Origin: Eledone cirrhosa
Lineage: Eukaryota
Reading direction: 5' to 3'
Length of the DNA: 64,000 bases
NCBI GenBank assembly: GCA_964016885.1
Contig: OZ024742.1
Span: 137,764,001 to 137,828,000, forward strand
A program made the translations under genes and the position numbers. The notes under the pieces were generated by a model. That model was given only the letters and a program-made list of their open reading frames with translations, was not told the DNA's origin and ran no database searches. Of the stretch, positions 51,608 to 64,000 are shown piece after piece (position 1 is the stretch's first letter; every line of letters starts with the position of its first letter).

Positions 51608-51697
51608 ACATACATACATACATACATACATACATACATACATACATACATACATACATACATACATACATACATACATACATACATACATACATAC
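51608..51697. repeat. (CATA)n microsatellite (others at 43255-43401, 43928-44037, 45478-45572)
   Basis: Direct reading. Confidence 0.97.
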
Positions 51698-51984
51698 AGA
51701 CAGACAGAGATACATACGTTCGTACGTACAAGCTTATATGCTGTCGGGTTCGATGAAAGTAGTCAGGGATAAAGAATAACTGAATAGATGACTAACGTCC
51801 CTTTGATCTTAAACCTTTTTGTTTGATCATAGATGACGTTATGCCAAAATAAAACACTAACAACAAAAATAACAACAATCAAGTCGTTTTACATTAGAAA
51901 TTATTCATTATGTTAAAAAATGATTTGTCACACATACACGCGTAATTCAATTGGATAATTTAAATTATTAAGGATGAGTCGAAT

Positions 51985-52330
51985 TGGCGGCCTCCTTGTA
52001 ACGTCGGATAAAATGGTCTGCGGTATTCGTTCCGGCTGTCTACTCTCTGGGTTCAAATCACACTGAGGTCAAATTTGCCGTTCATTCTTTCGAAGTTGAT
52101 AAAGTACCAGTCTAGTATTGAAGTCGATTATTCCTATTTATCTCTTTCTCAGTCCCCCTCTCTCATGTTCTATTGTTCTCTGGAAGAAATCTTCTGTGTA
52201 CAGATCTGGAGAGGGACGGGCTCAACCAGGATTAAAATGCTCAAGAAACACCGTATACAACTACAACGCCCCTACGACTCCATCAGGAGTAACGTGACCA
52301 TACTATGCTTCTTAAGGATAATTACTATTG
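51985..52330 (+). mobile_element. Older SINE subfamily with a long 3' tail (CTCTGGAAGAAATC..)
   Basis: Degenerate B-box GGTTCAAATC plus the central SINE domain. The tail is shared with 60860-61205 (minus) and 56140-56280. Confidence 0.6.
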
Positions 52331-52434
52331 CGAATGCAATGCGCCATCCATCTATATTCCGTGAAACTCAAGCTGTGTTGAATGTTTCATATATATCAAA
52401 ATATGTTGCTGCGTACCTCATATACTCATTATAG

Positions 52435-52620
52435 GGCGGTGGATTGGCAGTATCGGTAGAGGGTCGAACGCCATGCTTTCCAGCATAGTTATGTCCCTTT
52501 ACGATATGAGTTCAAATCCCGCCGAGGTTGACTTTGCCTTTCATCCTTACGGGGTCGATACAATAAAGTACTAGTAATGCACTGGGTAATTGCTGGCCTT
52601 GTGCCTAAAGTAGAAACAAT
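52435..52620 (+). mobile_element. Full-length young SINE (tRNA-like head, Meta-like central domain)
   Basis: GGCGGTGGATTGGCAGTATCGG..GAGTTCAAATCC..CTTTGCCTTTCATCCTTACGGGGTCGATA..AAAGTAGAAAC; several copies in the window. Confidence 0.85.
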
Positions 52621-53519
52621 TGTAGTTATAATGGTATTACATATCTATAATGGTATTACTCTTATAACAACAGGTTTAAGTTTAATAAGCTATAGTATCT
52701 ATGAAAATAATACATAAATATATTCGATTCCTAAAAAGATTAACTTTATGAGGACCGATCGACTCTGTATGAATTAGAATTGTGGGTTTCTAATCAGTGC
52801 TTCCACGGTAAGTAAAAGTATATCAGTTACACTTTGAGAAGTATGACAAATGGTACTTACTCTATAATATGGTGTCTGAGGTTTTTAGTGTGTCATATGT
52901 GTGGAAGTTGGTTGACAGCAACTGCAGATGCACATAAGGAAATATTCTTTCGCAATATATATTTCATTCTCTACCAACTGCGTCCCTCTGTACGGAGTAA
53001 AGTGTTTGGGAGAAAACGTCTGTTACACAAAAACACAAACACACACATACGCAACTGAATAGACACACATATACATACATATAAAAATTAAAACGTGCAC
53101 AAGCACAGGCACATTCATATTTGTCAAAAAATAAAACAAAATAAAAATCACACATACATCGAGCAAACACATACACCCTTACACACACAGACAGACACAT
53201 TCACACACACATTGATAATACAGTCAGACACATACACAGCATCACGAAGAAGATGAACGCCACTCTAATACATATACCTGCGCACACATATACCATTCCA
53301 CACACCTGCACAAACAAACAAACAAAAACAGAAAACAACGCGCATACAGAAAAACTTCCTCATCCGGAACCATAACTGACGTGAAACACAGCTTCTTCAA
53401 TATAATATAATACTTATATATATGAATCACTACCTCCTTACGGACAACTAACGCTGCACACCAGGTCCAAACACAGAAGAGCCGAACTCCCACTGTCATC
53501 CCTCCATTTCTATCGCCCT

Positions 53520-54880
53520 CCCTATCTCTCTGTATTATGAGCAAATGGTGTCCCACGTGCTGCTAGCCCCACGTTCCCGGTAGACAGAATTGAGAACGCG
53601 TTTCCCCGGAGGATGGTAAGGGATATGCGCTGGAAGAGCCATTTCATCTCGAGAGGCTCACACCTTCGTCTAGCCAGCTCAGCAACTATGGTGGTAAGTA
53701 GGGAGGTAGCCCTAAGACCAAGGGCACCAGAAGTCTCCACTACTAGGAGAGCGACCGATACATGGAGAGTTTATCCTCCTCATCCCGAAGTGCAGCAGAA
53801 CCTGGGTTAGTCACAGACTACACCAGGTTGCGGCTGGAGACTATGTCACTGCAAGTGGCATCCGAGACGAGGGGTTTACCACCACGGAACTGGAAGATGG
53901 TCATATTGTCAGGCCTTTTGCCGTCCCCTCGGTCCAGCGCCACCGCCTCGAGCTGGGAGGGGAAGCCTTCAGCATCCAAACCATGCTTTACAACCTCGTT
54001 GAAGGCAGAATGGCGTGGAAGGCTACAAGCACTGTAGCGACAGGAAAGCGGGTGGAGGCCGAAAGTGTCGACAGTGGATCCGCAGCGACATTTGTATGGG
54101 TCGCAGGTCCAGAAGCCAAACCTCAGGGAAGCCTCGATGCGCCGGCTATCATAGTCTAGGCTGCGTGCCGGTTGAAGACATGGAGTCATTCACCGTTGTG
54201 GGATTCTGAGGCCGCGCAAAATCATGCAAGGTGGTGCTGGTCGAGCTGGCGCGCTAGCCTGCCTGAGGCCAGGCTGCACTGCATGGCATCCAAAATAATC
54301 TCTTGGGCTTGACGTCAGCAGGGAGAGAAGGAGGAGGGACGTCTAAATCCAAGCAGGTTCAATGTCACGCAGGCGGCCTCAAGTTCCTCGATCACAGAGG
54401 GTTCCGTTGTGTGGACGAGGAAGTGGCATGAGGTTACTGACGAAAGAAACGCCGGTAAAGCCAGCGGAATCGGCGACCGGAGGCCAAGGCCACCATATCT
54501 AACAGGTAAGGTGGCGTGTTGCTATCCAATGTCGTCAAACATGACATTGGATATCTTCTCAGTTGCCGCTTGGATACAAGTGTCGAGGTTAGCAAGGAGA
54601 AATGCGTGGCTGTAGCACGGAGCACTACGAAGAGTATAGATGTGTTTCGGCCTGGCGAAGCAGTTGCTCAAAAGGAAATTGGCTGGGGCGCCGTCAATCG
54701 CACCCAGTCGGCTACTGGGGGTCTTGAGTTGCTGGAGCCTGGTCTTGATGGTGGAGCGAATGGCCAGTGGATGAATCGGTGACCCCAGGATGAGGACATC
54801 CTCTTTAGATGTCACCTGTACCTGGAGGAGACTAGATCGCACGCCCGAGACAAAGCTCTCAGCATCGTGGTTGACATTCA
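53520..54880 (-). mobile_element. Decayed CRE-like (RLE) non-LTR retrotransposon, 3' part
   Basis: CRCGSTVDTFGLHPLSC..RHSAFN, DGKRPD, DATC, METSGALG, WLFQRISLTILRGNA, split by frameshifts. Confidence 0.85.
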
Positions 54881-55091
54881 TATATTAGTACCAATTACAG
54901 ATCAGAACGAGACGATCTACAACCACCTTGGAACAAATGTGTGTGTGTCTGTGTGCGAAAATCTGCAAGCAATTGTTATGGAATGAGAGAGGATTGGACA
55001 TAATGTAGGGCAAGGTCGAAAGAACGGAGTCTGCTTTCTTAAACATTAAAAACATTTTCGACCGTCAAGCGTCGAAGGGGACGAGTTTCCA

Positions 55092-55140
<49 letters not shown>

Positions 55141-55168
55141 ATTATATATGTATATATATATATTTATA

Positions 55169-55210
<42 letters not shown>

Positions 55211-55211
55211 G

Positions 55212-55245
<34 letters not shown>

Positions 55246-55343
55246 CGTGTGTGTATGTGTGTGTACATATTCATACATATACTTATACCTACGCATATAT
55301 CTCTATATGATTTTGTGTTAACAATCTCTCCCCCTCTCTCTCA

Positions 55344-55385
<42 letters not shown>

Positions 55386-56971
55386 CATGTGTAAACCACA
55401 CCACATGCTGGCACGCACAAAGATACGTATGCTTTTCACATGTACACACACATAAATAGTGTATCCGAGAAAGTCGTTTAAAATGAATACCAGAAACGAC
55501 AAACGTAACATCACACAATTTATCATACTATCATCACCAAGTAGAAAAACAACAAATGAAATAAATGCGAAAATGACGACACTATCGTTGGAAAGCAGGC
55601 ATCAAAATTGTATTCTTTAGACACACCATTCCTCAACACAATTTATTCAAGCAACAACACATCAAATCATCACATCTCGTCTCCTCTCATATAAAATGTT
55701 CATGACATATTACCGTGACACACATTAGCCATTCTTTCTGAAACCATTCACTTTCATTGACACAGTCACATTCGTTTATCATTGCCCTACTTCCAGTATT
55801 AATCTCCATTTTCTTCTCGTTCTCACTCTCACTCACACTCTCTCACTCCCTCTTTTTGATATCCTCCTATTCTCTCTAATTCTATTTATATATCTATCAC
55901 TAGACATAACTTATTCTTCATGTTTCAATATAGAAAGCTCCACCCAGGTTATATTAGAACCTACCATATTTAATGCTTACAAACAGAGACTTACGAGGAC
56001 CTCCAGTGGTCGACAGATGAGAAGGGATTGTCCGCTATTCCATTCGTTTATCCGTTGTCATGTCCCACCCTTTTTTTTTGTCATTGTGGCCGATTCTTCC
56101 TCCATATCTCGTTCTCACTTCCATTCTCTAATCTCTTTATCCTTCTCAGGAAGAAATCTGCACTATTCAGAGCTGGAGAGGAGATGGGCTCCGTTAAGTG
56201 TCAAAATTGCCCTAGAAATGCCGTATGTCTTTACCACGCCTCCACGACTCCCTCGGGAGTTAGGGAACCATACATACATATGATCTTAGACACGCAGGAC
56301 AATATATATGTATTTAAACTTTACACCGCCTGCGCTCTGTTTTCTCTTCTCTTTCTTTTTTCTTACCCCCTCTCTCTATGCTCCTTCCGTGTTGTGTCCG
56401 TCTATATAGGATTTACGTCCAAACGAATGATTCTTTAAATCAACGTTTCTATATTCCGTCTATTTCACATTGTCTATGTATTGACAGTTTACACTGCCTG
56501 CGTTGGGTGTTTTCTCCTCAAATTTTGTAACTTACTTTTTCTCTCATTGCTTCTTCCCTGTTGTGTCTCTAGGACATACGTCTAAACGAATAATTTTTTT
56601 TAGTAATGTTATTATATTCTCTGTCTCTTCCATCTTCTCTTTCTCACTTCGCCTTGTACGCATATTTTCTGTTCTTGACTAATATGTTGAGCTTTGTTTC
56701 TATCTCTTCATTCCATTTGCAGCACATTGGTTTGTAGGAAATTTTATTTATACGTAAATAATCGATAGACGAATTGTTCTGTCTTGAGTCCATTTGTTAC
56801 TGTCGTATGTGAAATGGAGCTAGTAGTATCGACCTTAAATTACTGAAACCACAATGACCTCCAGTCTGGTCTTTCGTCCATCATTCTGCTGTCTTCCCAC
56901 AACTTATTATGTAATCGCCGTCACGCAGTTCTCTTTTTCGCCTGTGTGTGCGTGTCTTGTGTGTGTACGTG

Positions 56972-57079
<108 letters not shown>

Positions 57080-57711
57080 ATATGTTGCAAGTATTTTTCA
57101 GAATTGGCTGAGTATAGGTGTTCGATCATACATTTATCATCCTCTGCTCTGCAACAGGCTTTCAATCCAAATGCACTCTTATAAGTAATCGGTCATGACT
57201 ATATGTCCATATGAATAAAACGATTCACGCATGCAGAAGTCATCCTCTATGAAATAAATATTTATCTTCTCTACCAATGAATATTTCTTCCGTGGCGAGG
57301 CTACTCATATTTAATTGTATATAAACGTATTATACATGTTTATATATATTCATATACACCTCTTGTATGCTTAAACGCTGTCTCACTGCTACTGCCAATT
57401 AAATATAACGAAACTGGCACAACTTGGACTATATGCAAATAACCAATTCCAGCCGATGTTTTCTAATTGCTATATACAAATGAGCATCTCCAGCAGGTAA
57501 TTATCACTTAAGATGCTATATAGACTATAGTCTATTTCACATAGTGAATGGGTGTCACTGATGAAGTATTATCGAATCTTGAAATAGCGTTGCCCGGCAT
57601 CTCTTTGATATATATCGTTTTCGTTTCGTTACAAAAAATATTTTCCTTCGGCAGTGAGTATGGTATATACACGTATTATATTTGTTTATATATGTCTCCA
57701 CATGCAACCCC

Positions 57712-57793
<82 letters not shown>

Positions 57794-57972
57794 AGTGTGT
57801 GTGTGTGTGAAACCTGGGTTCAAACGAGGGTAATCACAGTTAGTAAAGTAATCGATACATTAGTAACATTAGTAATCACCAGCAAAGCAATTTTGAATGA
57901 AACTGTTCTAGACCTGTAGAAACCATTTCTATATTAAACATGACCCCCCCACACACACACACATACACGCGT

Positions 57973-58024
<52 letters not shown>

Positions 58025-58039
58025 GCTTACTTTTTTTAC

Positions 58040-58078
<39 letters not shown>

Positions 58079-59015
58079 TATATATATATATATATATACA
58101 GAGTAAAAAAAGTAAGCTAATCAAGAGGAGAGAAAGGTGATTAGTGCAGATTACTATCCAGTAGAGAGAAGATTAGTGTGCTCAATGCATATAGATTCCT
58201 AGACTAGCGAGCCATGCGATTATATAGAAAAAGAGATAGTTTAACAATCGTATTATAAACAGAGGAAAGAATCATATTGAAAATGTTGGACCACTTAAAA
58301 TATAATATATATATATATATGTGTGTGTGTGTGCGTGTGTGTGTGGGTGTGGGTGTGTGTGTGTGTTTGCGTGCGTGTGTGTGTATGTGTGTGTGTGTAT
58401 GTGTGTACAAAGGGAGTGAGGTGTGTGGGAGAGACGTAAATAAAAAAAAAATTGATAGACAAATGTAAGGTCCTTAGTTTCGCAGTTTTCTATTATGTCC
58501 ATAAAACATCTGTAAAAATATTTTAGGTACTGTTTAAGAAAGAATTCCCAGCGGAAAATTTAACACGCTTGGAAGCCTATATGTTCATCGGTATTAGTTT
58601 TCTTTTCTACTTTTCTTTCTTTGAGTTGGGCGGTTTTCATTATCTTTTTTGTTCTGTTTTTGTCATTATTCTGTCTATATTTGCTCGCCTTTATTCTTCT
58701 GCAGATGAAACATTGTGGAAAAAGGAGTCATACGTCTAATATCATTTTAGTATGTTTATCTGTCATCATGCGTATGCGTTCCGTTTAAATATATATATAT
58801 ATATATTTCGTTTCTGAATTTGTTTAGCAAGATTCTTTATCTGAAATCGTGTGTTGAAACCGATATTGTTATACTTTGGGAGGGTCATGTTTGGGAGGGT
58901 CAATAAGAAACACACGCACCAGTTTCTTTCACTTCAATTTATTATAATAAATTTATAAATTTATAAATTTCTGGTTGATTGGTTGGTTCCACAACCAGAT
59001 AGTTGTTTATATATT

Positions 59016-59058
59016 GTCATAGTTCTTTCGTTACACACTCTGTGACCTCTTCAGTGAC
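59016..59058 (-). ncRNA. Minimal hammerhead motif in the PLE pLTR
   Basis: GUCA CUGAAGA GGUCACA-GAGUG-UGUAAC GAAAG AA CUA UGAC. Confidence 0.6.
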
Positions 59059-59311
59059 TGGGGATTCCTTTCTTTGTTTCTGTGCCTCTCTTTTGTTCTG
59101 TCCTACCCCATTTTGTTTCTGTGTGTGTGTTGTGTGCTCAGTCTGCGCATGCGCCACATCCGGGTGTCTGTGTGTGTTTATGTTCATTTATTTATTTGTT
59201 TATTTACATGTTACTGGTTGGTTGTTTGTTCTGTGTGTGTGTGTTTTCATTTTGTCCTTAATTGTAAGTTGTGATGTTGCTGTTCCACTCATATTTTCTA
59301 TTTAATTTTGG

Positions 59312-60400
59312 TTATAATTCTTTTATGTTTATTGCCTCTGTAATTTGTCTAAACATTGCGTCTTTTCTGTGTGTAGATTCTATTTTTATTTCTATGTTCT
59401 CTAATTTACCCTTGTGTTCTATTTTAGCATGTTGGTAGAGTACAGATGATTCTTTACTATCTTGAAGGTCTCGCCAGTGTTCATTTATCCGTTCTCCTAC
59501 ACTGCGAGCTGTCTCACCTATGTACACTATATTTTTGTCTCTACATTGTCCTTCAGTACATCTTATGCTATACACTACATTTCTAGTTTTGCAGTTAATA
59601 TGGGGGCTTATTTTACAGGTTATACATTTCTTATCTATACATGAGGGTCTTTGAAAAGGGTATGTCTTGCTAATAAGTGTTTTTACGGAGGTACCTGGTC
59701 TTTCTACTATCTTAATATTGAGTTTATGTTTGTTTAGGGCCCTTCTAAATTTGTAAGCTAATTCCCCTCTAGGGGTTGTATCGATGAACATTACACTCTG
59801 GTATTTATTGCTATCATACCATGAGTTTATTCTATTAGCCTTGTTCCTAGTTCTTTCTATTCTATTCCAAAATTTGCTCCTATACAAGGGGCAGGTCCCA
59901 TTTATGTCATTATTTACCATTTTTTCCCATTTGGTTCTGGCTCCTCTATCCACTCTGATTTTATCTCTCTGATTGTAGCCAGAGAACTGCATACGGTGGA
60001 TGAAGTGTTGTATGTGTCTCTCTAGTTCTTCGGGGTTGCACATGCGGGACACGTTTCTCATCACCCATACCAAATCCGCAATCAGTATGTTGATTTTGGT
60101 ATGGTCCGAAACGGCCGAGTTTCGGTGGATCAGATGTTTGGGAGTCATGGGTTTGGCATAATGGGAGTGGAGGATTTGTTTTTTGTTGTTAATAGTATCT
60201 AACCAGAGCTCTGTGTCTAGTACAGGTAATCGATGGTTGGGGTGTTTACTTGGGTAGTCTATAGTAACTCTAATGCTCTGGTGGATGGAGTTTGCTATTT
60301 GCTGGATGCTTTCCATTGTGTTTTTCTCTAGTTCCTGACTGTTCTCAAGAGGGGATGTCTTAACTACGATGTTTATATCATCAACGTAGCGGGAGTACAT
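59312..60400 (-). pseudogene. PLE ORF fragment: RT from the YVDD motif, Cys linker and GIY-YIG endonuclease
   Basis: RYVDD, LPVLD, CIDKKCITC, NVVYSIRC..VYIGETARSVGERINEH..EAINI. Confidence 0.9.
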
Positions 60401-60404
60401 TATC

Positions 60405-60750
60405 AGGGTTACTGGTACTTTATTTTATCGACCCCATAAGGACGAAAGGCAAAGTTAACCTCGGCGGGATTTGAACTCAGACCGTAAAGGGTCGTAACTA
60501 TGCCGGAAAGCATGGCGTCCGACCCTCTACCGATATTCCCAATCCACCGCCCTTATATATATAATTGTCTCTACTTTAGGCACAAGGCCAGCAATTATCC
60601 AGTTCATTACTGGTACTTTATTTTATCGACCCCGTAAGGATGAAAGGCAAAGTCAACCTCGGCGGGATTTGAACTTAGATCGTAAAGGGACGTAACTATG
60701 CTGGAAAGCATGGCGTCCGACCCTCCACCGATACTGCCAATCCACCGCCC
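60405..60750 (-). mobile_element. Two tandem young SINE copies
   Basis: 60405-60551 and 60563-60750 match 52435-52620. TTATATATATAAT flanks the second copy (probable TSD). Confidence 0.88.
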
Positions 60751-60859
60751 TTATATATATAATGAAAGTAATTTTGGATTAAGGTATCGGGGAAGTTACC
60801 AAAATGTAAAAGGGACGAAAACGTGAATAACCCAAGGAAGCGGATGTTAACTTAGTAAA

Positions 60860-61205
60860 AGACATTAATGATATGGTCTGGTTCCGTGACTCCTGATAGT
60901 CTCTAAGGGGTGTTGTATTGACATCTGACGTTTCTTGGGGATTTTAAACCTGTCAGAGCCCATTCCTCTCTCCAGGTCTGAGCACAGCAGATTTCTTCCA
61001 GAGAAATATAGAAAGTGAGAGAGAGGAAATGAGAAAGAGATATGGAGGAAGAATCAACCCCCAGTACTAGACTGGTACTTTTTTTATCGACCTCGATGAT
61101 GAAAGGCAGAATTGATCTCGGCGGGAAATGAACTCAGAGAACAGAGAGCAGGCGTATATCATAATGCATTCTATCCTGCTTTCTGACGACTCTGTCAATT
61201 CGCCG
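60860..61205 (-). mobile_element. Older SINE with long tail (same family as 51985-52330)
   Basis: Reverse-complement similarity across head, centre and tail. Confidence 0.6.
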
Positions 61206-61324
61206 CCTGTAGATATGAGGACCGTTACATTTAAAAAAGTTTGTTTTCTCAAGGTACTTAGACATTTCGGAGAAAAAATATATTGCTTCAATTCGAATTG
61301 TATATGGTAATATCGTACGGTGAA

Positions 61325-61620
61325 AGTGTGTGGCTTAGTACTAAGGGAGTTGGACTGCCGATCATAATGTCATGGGCTCGATTCCTGGGCTGGATTATTG
61401 ATGGGTTATGTTATTGATCAAAACACTTCATTTCACGTTGCTCCAGTATATCCAGCTGTAAATGAGTACCAGCAATAGCTGGGGGTTTAACTCTACCATG
61501 GACTAGTGTGTTGTCGAGGGGGGGGGGGGGTCTCGTAATCCCAGTCGCTTCATGCCACGAAACAGGGATAACCACAGGCCTAATAAAACTTCAGGCTTGA
61601 GACACGCTTTAGACTTAGAC
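61325..61620 (+). mobile_element. Degenerate tRNA-derived SINE (family of 36579)
   Basis: GTGTGGCTTAGT..GCTCGATTCCTGG..AAAACACTTCATTTCACGTTGCTCCAG. Confidence 0.7.
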
Positions 61621-61829
61621 GCATAATGAGATTGCGCGTGAACTCAGCCGAACTTATTTTTCTCACACTGTAGTAAAACGATTGGTATGGTATTAGTCAG
61701 TAGTTTTAGTATACAATATTGTTCAAATCGCAGGGTTTTATATTTCATATTGTAGTGGTCGTACTAACTTAATCATTGTGTCTCATCCCTTTTCAACTAT
61801 GTTTGATTTTTGTATTTAATTAATAATTC

Positions 61830-62160
61830 TTCGTTGATCATAGTATTGCCTTCGTGTGGGTCGGTGGTCGATACAGTGTTTATTGACGCATTTAGTAATA
61901 TGCTTCCTGAAAAGCGAAGAGTTTATTGGGATGTGTTTTCTTATCCGCATGTGCAGACGCCAAATAGTTCTGCCAATCAGGATATGTTGGCCCTGGTCGG
62001 TTGATTCGGTCTTCGATCCACATCAGAATGGTCTTGTCATCTATGTGCATACAAAGTTGTCATGAGGAAGTTGGTGCCTCAGTTCGTTGCATGCGTCTAT
62101 AGAGATTACGCAGAATCACTTTCTTTGTCGGAGGTAAATAAGACGTGATATTTCAATATC
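61830..62160 (-). pseudogene. Possible old GIY-YIG (PLE) fragment
   Basis: Minus-strand translation HILIGRTIWRLHMRIRKH..SSLFRKHITKC resembles YIGxTxRxLxxRxxEH. Confidence 0.4.
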
Positions 62161-62236
62161 AAAGTTTTTAGGGTGGTGTGCTGGGGTCCAGAAACTTTAT
62201 AGGTGGAAGGCATATATTTCTGCGTATGTGCGTGAA

Positions 62237-62328
<92 letters not shown>

Positions 62329-62794
62329 GTTTGAATGTATACCGGTCCATGTAAAATCGAGTGGAAACGGAAATCAGCATATAACGTGAAAGATGAGAAA
62401 ATTCGTTTGAACTTTACTTATGGGACGGATTGTGCGATAGATCACAGAATTAGAGACTAGGGACAAGTAGCGATGTAACAACTACATTAAAGTCGATATA
62501 TTCATCAACCATGATCAATGAACTTTCTGACACGATCGTAAAGCAATGAACTAATTAATTTACCTATCTTCAAATTTTGTTTTATTTTCATTGTTCATTC
62601 TCTAACTGCATTATGCACATCCGCATTTGAAAAAGCATTTAATGCGGAAACCGGTACCATTATTAAGTGCGGAAATACCCACTTTATAAATAAATGTTTT
62701 GAATTTTTTTTTTCCTTTTTAACATTTGTTTATATATATAAACTCGTCTGTTACTTTTCTACATTCCATATATATATATATATATATAATTTGT

Positions 62795-62858
62795 ATTTTA
62801 TCTGATGAAAGCGCACCATAATTTGCCTTGGTTGCCCTTGAAATATATATAATAAAAT
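62795..62858 (+). ncRNA. Type I hammerhead motif in a ~220-bp insert between (TA)n tracts
   Basis: AUUUUAU CUGAUGA AAGCGCACCA..UGGUUGCCCUU GAAA U-AUAU-AUA AUAAAAU. Confidence 0.78.
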
Positions 62859-63007
62859 AATTATGGTTTTATAAATATAGCTTCCATTTATTAATATATT
62901 GAATATTTACTCCACTAAACTGTTGAGTGCTTCATATAAGTTATAACATTTTTAAGCTTGTTGAAATTTTTAAGCTTGATGAATCCAAACAAATTAAATA
63001 TAACCTC

Positions 63008-63400
<393 letters not shown>

Positions 63401-64000
63401 TGTGTATGTGTATGCATTCCTCTATATGTGAGCGTAGGCATTTTGTTTTTGCTACTATTGACCGATCCACATAAAAATATTTAATCACTATACATTTGAT
63501 ATACGTATATAAAACAGATATTTTAACTGGTTTTTGACATATAATATGAACTTATCATAAGACGTAGATAAGCTAGTCATGACCCTAATGAGTGACCTAT
63601 ATTTTGTAATATGTTTAAACTATTGTGTTATTCTGTTAATCTACAATGCATAGTTTCTGTTCCTTTCGTATATCTCTCCACCACAATGTACACTGAAAGA
63701 AAAGAATCTCATGATAAATCCTTTTTATTTTATTTTTAAGTCGTATCTTTTTTCCAAACCTAGCACGTGTGTTTCCAAAAAGGCAATCATCTGATGTTTG
63801 ACTATCGTGGTATGTTCACAGTGAAATATTGTTTTCAATATATCTTGAGGTTTCCTTTCAAGTCCACAGAGATTTATGACGGTTAAAGAAAGACGGAATG
63901 GATGATACGAGTGTGCTTTGATGAAATACATTACAATAATATATGGAAAGATAAGAAAAATAAATATAGTGAACCGAGATAAAGAATGGGAAATGGGAAT

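Larger units (their letters stand above)
58800..60404 (-). mobile_element. 5'-truncated Penelope-like element (Neptune-like) with 3' pLTR; left boundary approximate
   Basis: ORF 59312-60400 plus a hammerhead motif ~250 nt past the stop. SINEs abut the 5' side. Confidence 0.8.

Noticed and set aside
57553-57595. CTGATGA AGTATT-ATCG-AATCTT GAAATAGCGTT hammerhead candidate
   Set aside because: Both boxes are present, but stem II is imperfect and stem I does not pair.

Overview
Repeat-dominated, AT-rich eukaryotic DNA with no recognisable host gene. The SINE families and microsatellite load resemble a coleoid cephalopod such as Octopus (inference, not verified). Positions 1-21.6 kb are a 33-bp satellite with higher-order structure that runs in frame into a decayed RTE LINE, suggesting the satellite arose from LINE coding sequence. 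The rest is microsatellites and retroelements: an RTE LINE with an intact ORF (EN+RT+three C2H2 fingers), three copies of a non-autonomous element made from RTE-like 5' and 3' ends, R4/Dong-like and CRE-like fragments, two Penelope-like elements and tRNA-derived SINEs. The most striking signal is about a dozen type I hammerhead ribozyme motifs in several unrelated sequence families. They occur in tandem retrozyme-like monomers, foldback elements, a circularly permuted ~527-bp unit and Penelope pLTRs, and most lie next to (TA)n. The RTE and R4-like elements instead cluster in (CATA)n. All calls were made by eye; no database searches or folding programs were run.
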